Shown here: one piece after another, positions 19,993 to 29,403 of the stretch
Layout: the number at the start of each line of letters is the position of its first letter
How positions within the stretch are numbered: position 1 is the stretch's first letter
Virus record (IMG/VR): IMGVR_UViG_3300030000_000004
DNA: 64,000 bases
Source: an uncultured virus (IMG/VR IMGVR_UViG_3300030000_000004)
Taxonomy: Duplodnaviria > Heunggongvirae > Uroviricota > Caudoviricetes
Direction: 5' to 3' (one strand)
Position numbers and translations under genes: made by a program
Notes under the pieces: model-generated
What the model saw: the letters and a program-made list of their open reading frames with translations, nothing else
What the model was told of the DNA's origin: nothing
Databases searched by the model: none

Positions 19993-20175
19993 ATGGCAAC
20001 TCAAGCAACACCTTTAAAAGACCTTTACACTAATATGGCAGGTCTTAAGCAGGATTTTAAAGTGGATTGGACAGAAACATCCAAGGCAGATTGGAAAGTA
20101 GATTGGGAAGAAACTCCAGTAGTTGTTCCTCCAGTTACTCCAGCACCTACTGCTACCCCAACGCCAACTGTCTAA
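19993..20175 (+). CDS. Small protein with (D)W/FKVDW repeats and Pro/Thr-rich tail
   Basis: Strong AAGGAG RBS; co-transcribed with the tube gene; followed by a terminator. Confidence 0.65.
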   Translation: MATQATPLKDLYTNMAGLKQDFKVDWTETSKADWKVDWEETPVVVPPVTPAPTATPTPTV

Positions 20176-20190
20176 TTTTACATTTTAGAT

Positions 20191-20214
20191 AAAGGCTTCC
20201 ATTGGAAGCCTTTT
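20191..20214 (+). terminator. Rho-independent terminator
   Basis: aaaggcttcca-t-tggaagcctttt. Confidence 0.8.
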
Positions 20215-20292
20215 AATTTGTTCCGGATAAGCATATCAGTTCTATTTTTAACCCTGATTCAATAAATATAACATATCATTATTAGGATAATT

Positions 20293-21468
20293 ATGGCAGA
20301 TATATCAGGCTTATTAGGTGGAACAGGTGTTGCTTTAGAATCTCAAGCATATAAGATGTTTGGTGCGGCAGTTGAAAACCAAGCTAGTGGAGCATTAAGC
20401 AAATATTTCAATATCGGTGGTAACAAAGAAGTCCCTAAAGATGGGGTGAGTGATGATGGTGTTTGGGATCCAACTCCATATGCAAGTGCATTAGCTTCAT
20501 TTTCTGGTGGATATGACCCAAAGTTAAAATTCCTCTTTAAAGTAAAATTTGAATTCCATGATGAAGCTGCACAGATGGCTTCAAGTTTAGGTGTTGATAC
20601 ATCAGAAATCAGCAGAGATATTACATTTGTTATTAAGCAGATAGATTTACCTAAGGTTGACTTTGAGTATGATGAAGTCAACATGTACAATTTTAAGACG
20701 AAAGTACTTAAAAATATTCGACATAGAGATTTGAATATCATTATGTATGATGACGTTGCCAATCATGCAATGACGTTGATCAATATCTACATGCAGATAT
20801 TGAGCCCAATCTCACGTGTCTCACAGAGCCCAACAGCACGGTTAGAAGATTACGGTTTCGCATTTAACCCAGTGTATTCTGGTATTGACACTGCTAGTCG
20901 TGGTGCTATCGTTGGTAATAGAAAAGATATTTTTAGAAGACTTATTATTGAGCAGTTTTATATCGACATGTCACGTAAAGATTCAACTCGCATGTCAAGC
21001 TTAGTAAGAATAAATAGATTCACATTTGCTAACCCAAGAATTCTACAGTTTGATATCAGTGACCAAGATCACGAACAAGGTGGAGCAGCTAATACTGTCT
21101 CAATGGTTATTGATTATGATTCATTGAACATAATGACTAATCAAGATGGAACATCCTCTTTAGTATCACAAAATCCTAAAGGTGATATTTTGTTTGATGT
21201 TGATGCAACAGCAGCTCAAGTTAGTGCAGCAAGTCCATTCATTAACATTTTAGCACGTCAAGGGCAACGTTTAGCACAATCATCTTTAAGTAGCTTATTG
21301 AATAAATCTTTAGGTGGAATTGGTGGCGGTGCCCTCAGTGGTGTTATCTATAATTTAGCTGGAACTGTTGGCAGTGCTGGTGGTAGCTGGTTAAAGTCAA
21401 CCGGTAATGGAATTGCACAAGGTATAGCAAAACCTTCTAGTTCAGTAGTCAAAGATAATGGAGCTTAA
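20293..21468 (+). CDS. Tube-fold baseplate / tail-tube initiator (gp54/gp48-like)
   Basis: PKLKFLF.V.F, KQIDLPK.DF....N.YN, I..YDD, F.NPRI..F tube-like motifs; Gly-rich C-terminus; AATAAATA at 20261. Confidence 0.55.
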   Translation: MADISGLLGGTGVALESQAYKMFGAAVENQASGALSKYFNIGGNKEVPKDGVSDDGVWDPTPYASALASFSGGYDPKLKFLFKVKFEFHDEAAQMASSLGVDTSEISRDITFVIKQIDLPKVDFEYDEVNMYNFKTKVLKNIRHRDLNIIMYDDVANHAMTLINIYMQILSPISRVSQSPTARLEDYGFAFNPVYSGIDTASRGAIVGNRKDIFRRLIIEQFYIDMSRKDSTRMSSLVRINRFTFANPRILQFDISDQDHEQGGAANTVSMVIDYDSLNIMTNQDGTSSLVSQNPKGDILFDVDATAAQVSAASPFINILARQGQRLAQSSLSSLLNKSLGGIGGGALSGVIYNLAGTVGSAGGSWLKSTGNGIAQGIAKPSSSVVKDNGA

Positions 21469-21921
21469 ATGCCTTTTAGAGCACGATTCATACCAAAGAA
21501 TCCCGATAAATATATCGGTGATTTAAATAAAATCTTCGCAAGATCATCTTGGGAATTAACAGTGATGCGATTTTTTGACGTGTCAACTGCTGTTAAACTT
21601 TGGAAGAGTGAAGAGACTGTTGTTCCATATTTGAGCCCTCTTGATTCTAGAGTACATGAATATTGGCCAGATTTTTATGTTGAGTTTGTTGATAAGGCTG
21701 GCGAAATTAAGAAAGAATTAGTTGAAGTAAAACCTAGACATGAATCAGAAGAAAAATATGCAAAGTCTCAGCGATCAAAAGATGCTTTGATAATCAATAC
21801 TGCAAAATGGAAAGCAGCAAGTCTATATTGTGAATCTCGTGGTATGACTTTTAGAGTTATAACTGAACACAGCATTTATAGACAGGGTAAGAAAGATAAT
21901 AAGGAATTTAAAAATGTCTGA
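21469..21921 (+). CDS. gp4: Head completion nuclease, gp4-like (TnsA-type PD-(D/E)xK), copy 1
   Basis: F.PKNP.KY.G, RSSWE, W.SE...PY.SP.D...H.YWPDF, EVKP, KW.AA..YC...G..F..ITE. Confidence 0.85.
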   Translation: MPFRARFIPKNPDKYIGDLNKIFARSSWELTVMRFFDVSTAVKLWKSEETVVPYLSPLDSRVHEYWPDFYVEFVDKAGEIKKELVEVKPRHESEEKYAKSQRSKDALIINTAKWKAASLYCESRGMTFRVITEHSIYRQGKKDNKEFKNV

Positions 21922-22396
21922 AAACGTAAGCGTTCCTAGACTTAGACAGTCAGTGGATCCAAGATTTACTAAATATGCTGGTAATAGATTACCAGTATTT
22001 CGTTCTTCATGGGAATTAGCATATGCTGCAGCAGTCGATAGATCACCATCTGTTAAATCATGGTCATCAGAAGCATTTAGCATAACGTATTTCAATCCTA
22101 TTAAAAAACGTAATGCACAATATTGGCCAGATTTTGTTGTTGAATTCACAAATGGTTTTATTACCATTGTTGAAATTAAACCACTAAAAGAAGCTGTGAT
22201 GGAAAAATCTAAAAATGTTTATGATAGAGCAATGATTTTACAGAACGCAGCAAAATGGCAAGCAGCAATGGCATTTGCTAAAACACAAGGATGGGGATTT
22301 AGAGTTTATACTGAAAGGGATTTAGCAGGTCTTATAACACGAAAGACAACTAATAAACCACGGGGAACAAACAAACCAAGAGGCACACGTAAATGA
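21914..22396 (+). CDS. gp4-like nuclease, copy 2
   Basis: FRSSWE, WSSE, YWPDF, EIKP, NAAKWQAA, F.V.TE. Confidence 0.8.
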   Translation: MSENVSVPRLRQSVDPRFTKYAGNRLPVFRSSWELAYAAAVDRSPSVKSWSSEAFSITYFNPIKKRNAQYWPDFVVEFTNGFITIVEIKPLKEAVMEKSKNVYDRAMILQNAAKWQAAMAFAKTQGWGFRVYTERDLAGLITRKTTNKPRGTNKPRGTRK

Positions 22397-22854
22397 AACA
22401 AAATATCACTCACCCACTAGAAGACGTTTTTGGAATGGAATCTGGTTCATTTGATATTGAACAAGAATATGGAATGACAGAAGTTCCACAGAATGCTGTT
22501 GCATTGACTGAACCTCCTGTTGATCACAAAGATGAAGACGACGTTCTTGTTGAAAAAAGACTTGATGATGTCTATGACATAGCTCTTCAAACCTTCCAAC
22601 AACAGACTGCTTACACTGAAATTATTGAACCAAGATATGCAGCTAGAAATGCTGAAGTTGCGGCAAATTATCTTAACATAGCTTTGGCTGCTGCGAACAG
22701 TAGAGCAAAGGTAAAATCAGATCGTAAGAGAGCCAATCAGGCTTTTATCCCTTATGCACAAGGTGGTAAGACTACCAACAACCTAGTAGTTGCTAACAGG
22801 GAAGATATATTAAAGATGATCAATTTAGATGGACGTACTAAAGAAATAAAATGA
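22393..22854 (+). CDS. Possible small terminase subunit
   Basis: Size, helical core with PR..EVA, C-terminal TTNNLVV..REDIL; late-module position. Inference only. Confidence 0.4.
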   Translation: MKQNITHPLEDVFGMESGSFDIEQEYGMTEVPQNAVALTEPPVDHKDEDDVLVEKRLDDVYDIALQTFQQQTAYTEIIEPRYAARNAEVAANYLNIALAAANSRAKVKSDRKRANQAFIPYAQGGKTTNNLVVANREDILKMINLDGRTKEIK

Positions 22855-23705
22855 TCTCATTCAAGACATATCTTCAGGAAAAAGTAGTTAAAAAGTGGAC
22901 AGCTAGAAGTGGTGACGACGAAGCGGAACTGTTAAAAGCTCTAAAGAAACATTGTAGCCATAGTCTAGCAGCGGCAGAAAAAGGTTCAATATTGTATAGG
23001 GGCGATCATTCTTACTCTGGCAAAAAGTACGTGTTGATTGATAGCTCTAAAGGTACTAGAACTTCAAGAGACACAAATAACATCTATCAATTGATGATGG
23101 AGACCTCTGTGCATTTCAAAGATGTTCCAAAACGTTCAACCTCCATCATTGCAACAACTACAAGATCAAATGCATATTCTTATGCTAGTTCACAAGAAGA
23201 TCTGTTTGTTGTAATGCCATTTAACGGTGTTAAAATTGCATGTGTTCCTGGTGTCAAAGACATTTTGAGATATGCAGTTAGATCCAGATTTAATACTCAT
23301 ACTTTAGATTTGGAAGATTTAGGAATAGGAATAGGATCAGTGATTCAATATGTTGAGCATGAACGTATTCCAAAATTTACTGATGCAAGTGTTTGTGATG
23401 AATTGTTGTCTCAACTTACATCTTATCAGTTTGAAAAACATCTTACTGAAGAATTACATCTTACGAATGATTCAGCTTTGAAAGCCATTCGTGGTTTTAA
23501 ACCTAACACAAGATTTACAGAGTTATCAAATTTAATAATGACTCCTGATTCTTTGCCTATTAAAATTCAAACAGCAGGATATGAACTTGTTAATGGAACA
23601 GAATATTGGTTATCTGGTAAATCATACTTGGTTAACCTCACTATGTTTGATGCGATGTTTCAAATGATGGATAAAGATGATGAAAGTGAAAAAACAGATA
23701 AATAA
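22851..23705 (+). CDS. ART-fold-like paralog 6
   Basis: MISFKTYLQE; LYRG ... RTSRDTNNIY ... PKRSTSIIATT ... TEYWLSG. Confidence 0.55.
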   Translation: MISFKTYLQEKVVKKWTARSGDDEAELLKALKKHCSHSLAAAEKGSILYRGDHSYSGKKYVLIDSSKGTRTSRDTNNIYQLMMETSVHFKDVPKRSTSIIATTTRSNAYSYASSQEDLFVVMPFNGVKIACVPGVKDILRYAVRSRFNTHTLDLEDLGIGIGSVIQYVEHERIPKFTDASVCDELLSQLTSYQFEKHLTEELHLTNDSALKAIRGFKPNTRFTELSNLIMTPDSLPIKIQTAGYELVNGTEYWLSGKSYLVNLTMFDAMFQMMDKDDESEKTDK

Positions 23706-23728
23706 TCTTTTGATTAGAATGATAACAA

Positions 23729-24118
23729 ATGCACAAAACCTTTAAAGACTTCTTACGAGAAAAAGTCAATAGTAAAATTTTCTTTACAGATTTTCGTGAA
23801 GAGAAGAAAATATTAGACGATCAATTTACCCTAGTAGCTACTTGTGGGTGGGTAGGGTATGGCGCAAAGCCAGGATTCAAAAGTGAACAGTTTAGAATAG
23901 TTGCTAAAAAAGGAACTACTGAAATTGGTTGGGTCAACTTTGAAAATAAAGATGGTAATCTAGAAGCACTTGATTTATCAATTCAACCTGCATATCGTAG
24001 AAAAGGAATAGCAACAGAAATGTATAAATTTGCTAGAGAGTTAGGCAATGATATAGCACCATCAAAACTTCAAACAGGTATGGGTAAATTGTTTTGGAAC
24101 AAGGATCATTCAAAATGA
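23729..24118 (+). CDS. GNAT-family acetyltransferase with capsid-targeting-like N-terminus
   Basis: MHKTFKDFLRE; acetyl-CoA motif IQPAYRRKGIATEMY; GATAAATA at 23697. Confidence 0.75.
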   Translation: MHKTFKDFLREKVNSKIFFTDFREEKKILDDQFTLVATCGWVGYGAKPGFKSEQFRIVAKKGTTEIGWVNFENKDGNLEALDLSIQPAYRRKGIATEMYKFARELGNDIAPSKLQTGMGKLFWNKDHSK

Positions 24119-25002
24119 ACTTCAAACAATTTCTGTATGAAGATGATTTACCACCTCATGTTAAAAAAGGTTGGGCTGTAGATAATGATGCCTCAAGAAA
24201 ACATGCACTTGAATGGATATTATTAAATGCCAAATATGCTTTAGAACATAATAATTTAATCTTTAGAGGATTTAGTACTCCACCATCTCAAGACATTTCC
24301 TTTATTGATGCTTCACAGGGTGAAAGAAAATCAAAAGACACAAATAACGTGTATCAGATAATGATGGATAATTCAATGTTTATGAAAGACTATCCATCAA
24401 GAAGCAAATCATTGATCTGTACAAATGATTTTGATACAGCTGATGAATTTGGTACTAGATATGTTATCTTTCCAAGAAGACAACAGATTATTGCTGTAGC
24501 AGATAAAAGTGATTTGTTGTTTAAACGTGTTGAAGGGAATGCTAAAACTTCATTTGGATCACGAACAGTTAAAGATTTTTCACATAAGATAGGAATACTT
24601 TTTTCACAGTATTTAAGTTTGGGTATTGAAGATATGACATCAGCATCGCTGAATCATGCTATGTCAGAAATGTCACCAAACGGTTTTGATAATTTTCTAC
24701 AAGCATTACTCGTACACGATATTGAAGCAGGAATAAAACAAATTGAAAAATACATAAGTGTTGGTATGAGTAGATTTGATGCGATATGCAGCTTTTTCAT
24801 GTCTCCAGAATCATTAGGTCTTGAGACTTATAAATACAATGTTGATAGCATATCTTCTTATTCAGAGCGTGAACTTTGGTTTTCCGGTCGCGCATTAGTT
24901 ATCAGTTTAGCTGCTATGAAAGAATTATTACCAGATATCGAATATTCTGGTGTAAATATCTCTCACAATATACAAATTTTATTTAATGGTATGAGATTAT
25001 GA
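24115..25002 (+). CDS. ART-fold-like paralog 7
   Basis: MNFKQFLYE; IFRG ... RKSKDTNNVY ... PSRSKSLICTND ... ERELWFSG. Confidence 0.55.
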   Translation: MNFKQFLYEDDLPPHVKKGWAVDNDASRKHALEWILLNAKYALEHNNLIFRGFSTPPSQDISFIDASQGERKSKDTNNVYQIMMDNSMFMKDYPSRSKSLICTNDFDTADEFGTRYVIFPRRQQIIAVADKSDLLFKRVEGNAKTSFGSRTVKDFSHKIGILFSQYLSLGIEDMTSASLNHAMSEMSPNGFDNFLQALLVHDIEAGIKQIEKYISVGMSRFDAICSFFMSPESLGLETYKYNVDSISSYSERELWFSGRALVISLAAMKELLPDIEYSGVNISHNIQILFNGMRL

Positions 25003-25733
25003 AAACATTTAAACAATTTATCGAAGAAAGTATTCAGGACAAGGGCATTTTAAAAGCCCTTTTTGTTGTTGGTATACCTGGTGCCGGAAAATCTTATACC
25101 GTTAAACAGATGGTAGGATCAATATCGCCAAAGGTTATCAACACTGATAGAGCATCTGAATTTTTAAGTAAAAAAATCGGATTAATGGTTAACTCAAAAA
25201 ACTGGGTTGAAATATTTCAAGATTCTGCTCACAATATTACAAAAACATCTCTTCAAAATTATATCAACAGTATGTTGCCATTATTCGTTGATGGAACATC
25301 TAATGATATTTCAAACATTCAACATAGAATGGGTATTTTGAAATCATTGGGGTATGATGTTGGTGTTGTTTACGTACGTACCAGTTTAGAAACTGCTAAA
25401 GCACGTGCAATAGAACGAGCTTCAAAAATTGGTAGAGAAGTAGATGAACATTTTATTGAAGCAGTATTTAAGCTAAGTGAAGAAAATGCTAAGTACCTAC
25501 AATCGGAAGTTAACTTCTATAAGGTTATCAACAATGACAATGATGATTTATCAAATGTAGAAATGCTAAAAGCTTTCAAATCAGCACAATCATTCTTCAA
25601 TGAGCCTGTTCAAAATATTGTTGGCAAAAGAAATCTCGAAAAAATGAAGGAAGAGAAATTAAAATATCTATCTCCTGGTATAGTGACAATGGAAACCTTA
25701 GAAAATAAAATTGCAGGGTGGTACAAACAATGA
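24999..25733 (+). CDS. P-loop kinase (zeta-toxin/AAA_33-like) with capsid-targeting-like N-terminus
   Basis: MKTFKQFIEE; Walker A GIPGAGKS; INTD; VDGT; lid TSLETAKARA..R...GREV. Confidence 0.7.
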   Translation: MKTFKQFIEESIQDKGILKALFVVGIPGAGKSYTVKQMVGSISPKVINTDRASEFLSKKIGLMVNSKNWVEIFQDSAHNITKTSLQNYINSMLPLFVDGTSNDISNIQHRMGILKSLGYDVGVVYVRTSLETAKARAIERASKIGREVDEHFIEAVFKLSEENAKYLQSEVNFYKVINNDNDDLSNVEMLKAFKSAQSFFNEPVQNIVGKRNLEKMKEEKLKYLSPGIVTMETLENKIAGWYKQ

Positions 25734-26380
25734 GATTCAAACAGTACCTTCAAGAAGAATCAAAATTCGATTTAGAAAAATTCAAAAAGGATTGTTCTTT
25801 TATTTTAGGTGAGCTAAAGGGAACTGGTGGTAGTGCATTGATGCTTAGGGGTTCAAAGGATAAAAACCCAGATTTCGAAATTGCAAAATGGGTCCCAAGA
25901 GATGGACCCAGAAATACTCCAATAGCTGCACACCGTGCATTCAACGAACTGTTTGATAAGAAATTTGGAGTTAAAGCTAGAGATTGGATGTTTGCTACTG
26001 GAAGACATGATTCTGCTGAAATTTATTCAGGCTTGACAGGCCCAAATATTATTTTCCCGATTGGAAAGTTTGAGTGGTTGAGCTGCACGGACATCAATGA
26101 TCGTTTTTATGATCTGACAGTAGCTCTCAGTAAAGAGCGTGAATATATAAAAAACAGAGATGTATCACGTTCATTTAGCTATGATGAAATTATTGAACTT
26201 GCAACAAAATATCTGGTTAAGCAATTAGATGAAGTTTCTTGGACATTTAATACTGATTTAGTAAAGTGTATTAACTATGGTGCTGAAATCATGTTTAAAT
26301 GTGAACGATATTATGCATTCAACCAATCTGGTGATGTATGGAATAGTGAAGAAATGCGACAGCTTATGGAGTCATTATGA
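25730..26380 (+). CDS. ART-fold-like paralog 8
   Basis: MRFKQYLQEE; MLRG ... PRNTP ... WMFATG ... IFPIG ... AEIMFKCERYY. Confidence 0.5.
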   Translation: MRFKQYLQEESKFDLEKFKKDCSFILGELKGTGGSALMLRGSKDKNPDFEIAKWVPRDGPRNTPIAAHRAFNELFDKKFGVKARDWMFATGRHDSAEIYSGLTGPNIIFPIGKFEWLSCTDINDRFYDLTVALSKEREYIKNRDVSRSFSYDEIIELATKYLVKQLDEVSWTFNTDLVKCINYGAEIMFKCERYYAFNQSGDVWNSEEMRQLMESL

Positions 26381-26997
26381 GATTTAAACAGTTTATATCA
26401 GAACAAGATCTAGATGAATTTGATTTAGAAAAATTCTTAGATGAATGTTACCCCATTCTCAAACAATACAAAAGAGCTGGAGCATTTTTGTATAAGGGGC
26501 ATCCTTCATTATGGAAATGGGCTAAAATAGAATTCAGTCAACGTTCAAAACCAAGAGATACACCTTTGCAATTTCATAATGCTATGAATTTTAATTTTGA
26601 CAAAGTATATGGTATCAATCCTAGAAATTGGCAATTTGGTTGTTTTCAGCCGGGACAAGCTAGTATGTATGGAAATGTTGGAGCATTATTCCCGATTGAT
26701 AATGATTTCGATTTTGTCTATTCACCTAAAGTACATGATGCAACCGAGCTTATTGAACAATTGACATCTGGCGTTTACGATTTCGATGATATTAAAAATT
26801 CTGAAAAAAAATTAGAACTTTCAAACAACATTAAGAAAAATTTCGTTAACGAGTATGGTTATGTTTTCACCCAGGATATTACACAGCCTTTAATAAACAA
26901 AATAGACTGTGAGGTTATGTTCAAATGTGAATACTATTATCTGATATCAGATGGTAAGATATTAAACGCGATCAGAGAAAAAATGAGAACCTTATAA
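26377..26997 (+). CDS. ART-fold-like paralog 9 (degenerate motif)
   Basis: MRFKQFISE; LYKG ... PRDTP ... LFPI ... CEVMFKCEYYY; close relative of paralog 8. Confidence 0.5.
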   Translation: MRFKQFISEQDLDEFDLEKFLDECYPILKQYKRAGAFLYKGHPSLWKWAKIEFSQRSKPRDTPLQFHNAMNFNFDKVYGINPRNWQFGCFQPGQASMYGNVGALFPIDNDFDFVYSPKVHDATELIEQLTSGVYDFDDIKNSEKKLELSNNIKKNFVNEYGYVFTQDITQPLINKIDCEVMFKCEYYYLISDGKILNAIREKMRTL

Positions 26998-27302
26998 TGA
27001 AAACAACCTTTAAACAATTTATGAGCAAGCAATGTGTTACTGATGAACAGGCCATGGATTTCATTCATCATATAGCTGAAGAAGAACTTATTTCATGTAA
27101 AGTTATGAGTGTCAACGTTGAATCAAATACTGATGGAGTATCAACTGTTAAAATTGTTGCTGATTGTAATGACAACAAACGCCCTAAAGGACTCCAGAAA
27201 GATCTTTCAGATAAAGTAACTAAGCGATTAACTCTTCATAAAATAGCAGGATTAGGAAAAATCGTTGCAAAAGTTTATCATTTAAATGTAGATCCACGCT
27301 GA
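26997..27302 (+). CDS. Hypothetical protein with partial targeting-like N-terminus
   Basis: MKTTFKQFMS. Confidence 0.5.
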   Translation: MKTTFKQFMSKQCVTDEQAMDFIHHIAEEELISCKVMSVNVESNTDGVSTVKIVADCNDNKRPKGLQKDLSDKVTKRLTLHKIAGLGKIVAKVYHLNVDPR

Positions 27303-27353
27303 TTCTACTATTTTCAATAAATAATCTATCTAACTTAATCGAGCTAAAATAAT

Positions 27354-28751
27354 ATGAAATTACTACAATCATTGCTTCAAGTATCAAATATCGAAGAATC
27401 AAAATTATCTGATTCAAATCAACAGAATGCCGATCTGTTGAAAGCGCATACTTCTGCTCGTACCTTAAGTGCAAAAGAATGTTCTTTAAAGCACATCAAC
27501 AAAGACAAGCGTGATGGTAAGATTTATGTTTCCGATTGGTATGACGATGATGAAACAGTCGCTTCATACAACAAAGGTAAATTGAAAGAAAGTCATGAAG
27601 GTGATGGCATTACTGCAGACCAATTGGATGTTGGTGATACAGTTGTTGTGTCTGGTGGAAATATTGAATTTGAAGGTTCGGTTGGTGAAATTACAGATTT
27701 TGGTGTGGATAAGAAGTTCGTAGTTGTTAAATTGTTTGGAAATAAAGGAACACATTCCTTCCATTCTTCTGATGTTACTTTAGAAGGAGATGAAGATGGT
27801 AATGAAGACAAAGAAGATGAAGAATTTTATGTAGCAATTTATGATGAACGTAAAAATACCGGATGGATCGGTATGGTCTCAAAGAGTGATAATGGAAAAT
27901 GGCAAGAATCCACTGTTAAGGGTGAACCAGATTATCGTTGGCCAGGTGGTTCATATATGAGTTATTTGACACCACATGACGTTATGTCATGGATATCAAA
28001 AGATTACAGTTACTTTGAAGTTGAAGGACCATTTGACACAGCTGAAGAAGCTGAAGAACATTTATCAGATCACGGTGTTTCATTGACTGAAAGTGCTTCT
28101 ACTTTGAAAAAAGGTGATCGTGTTAAATTGGATGTGAAACATTGGAACAGTTCTGAACAAAAAAGTAAAGGGCTAGGATCAGTTATAGGTAGAGAGGGAA
28201 AAGCACTAGTTGTGAAATTGGATGATTCTACTAGAGAAGTGTTGGTTTATCCTGATGATATCGAGCATGTAAAAATTGTAAATGAAGCAGACTTCAAGGT
28301 AAAAACTTCTTTATCAGCACTTGACAATCTAGAAGCATTTAATGGTGGTAAACACTTTAGTGCTAGTAAAAGAAACGTTATCTGTGGTTATCCAGTCGAT
28401 TTTGATGAAGACAGTACCGAAGACGAAATTGATTTCACTGCTGTGGATCAAGGAGCGGGTACAGATTTAATGAAACTTCTTAGAGCTGCTGGTTTTTCAG
28501 TTAAGCGTCACAATGACACCGAATTTACTGTCACCGTTAAGAAGCAGATTAAAGAAGCAAAAGGCTTTACAGATTTTGATGATTGGAAACAAGCGGTCTT
28601 GAATTCATATCCAGCTCAAGCTAAAAAGATGAGATTCAAAGGTCGTATGGAAGGTGATAAGGATACTATCTCTGCAGAAGTTCCAGGTGAAGATCGTTCA
28701 TATGGAGTTTGGATACAAAACGCTGATAAAGGATATGTATTAAATGATTGA
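27354..28751 (+). CDS. Modular putative head-internal polyprotein with KOW/SH3-like modules
   Basis: AATAAATA at 27316; IEES, LKES, LTES, VNEA, IKEA junctions; LDVGDTVVVSGG..F.G..GEI and LKKGDRVKL motifs. Confidence 0.55.
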   Translation: MKLLQSLLQVSNIEESKLSDSNQQNADLLKAHTSARTLSAKECSLKHINKDKRDGKIYVSDWYDDDETVASYNKGKLKESHEGDGITADQLDVGDTVVVSGGNIEFEGSVGEITDFGVDKKFVVVKLFGNKGTHSFHSSDVTLEGDEDGNEDKEDEEFYVAIYDERKNTGWIGMVSKSDNGKWQESTVKGEPDYRWPGGSYMSYLTPHDVMSWISKDYSYFEVEGPFDTAEEAEEHLSDHGVSLTESASTLKKGDRVKLDVKHWNSSEQKSKGLGSVIGREGKALVVKLDDSTREVLVYPDDIEHVKIVNEADFKVKTSLSALDNLEAFNGGKHFSASKRNVICGYPVDFDEDSTEDEIDFTAVDQGAGTDLMKLLRAAGFSVKRHNDTEFTVTVKKQIKEAKGFTDFDDWKQAVLNSYPAQAKKMRFKGRMEGDKDTISAEVPGEDRSYGVWIQNADKGYVLND

Positions 28752-29403
28752 TTTTAAACCAACTTGGCTTTATATTAAACGTCATAATGTGACGGGGCTT
28801 AAATATTTCGGAAAAACTGTTCAAAAGGATCCGCATAAATATTTAGGTTCAGGTTTACATTGGAAAAATCATTTAAAATTACATGGCCGTAATTTTTCTA
28901 CAATTTGGACAGAAAAATTTTATGATAAAGAAACATTAGTTGATTTTGCAACATTCTTTTCTAAAGAAGCAAATATTGTTGAATCTGCAGATTGGGCAAA
29001 TCACAAAGATGAAAACGGATTAGATGGAGGATTTGCCCCCTCACTTAATAAGGGGAGAGTTCATACTGAACAAGCCCGGAAGAATATGAGTGTAGCATAT
29101 AAAAATCAAACAACAGAAGAAAAACGTGCAAGGGCATTAAAAATTTCTTTGAAAAATATAGGAAGAATTCAACCAATAGAAGAAAAAATAAAACAAAGTG
29201 CTTCACAAAAAGGAAGAAAATATTCTGAAGAAACAAATAAAAAGCGCGGAGAATCAAATAGAGGGAAAATTAGAAGTGAAGAGACACGTTTAAAAATTGG
29301 TTTATCTGGAAAAGGTAGAACTATGTCCGAAGAGACACGTTTAAAAATTAGTAATACGATGAGATTAAGAAAAAACAATTTGGAGAATAGACATGAATTA
29401 TAA
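28744..29403 (+). mobile_element. GIY-YIG-type homing endonuclease with NUMOD3 repeats
   Basis: WLYIK.H..TGLKYFGKT...YLGSG; SEETRLKI repeats (21-bp repeat at 29278 and 29329). Confidence 0.8.

Noticed and set aside
21469..22396. Tn7-like transposon (TnsA)
   Set aside because: No TnsB/TnsC or terminal repeats; motifs and context fit T4 gp4 head-completion nuclease.
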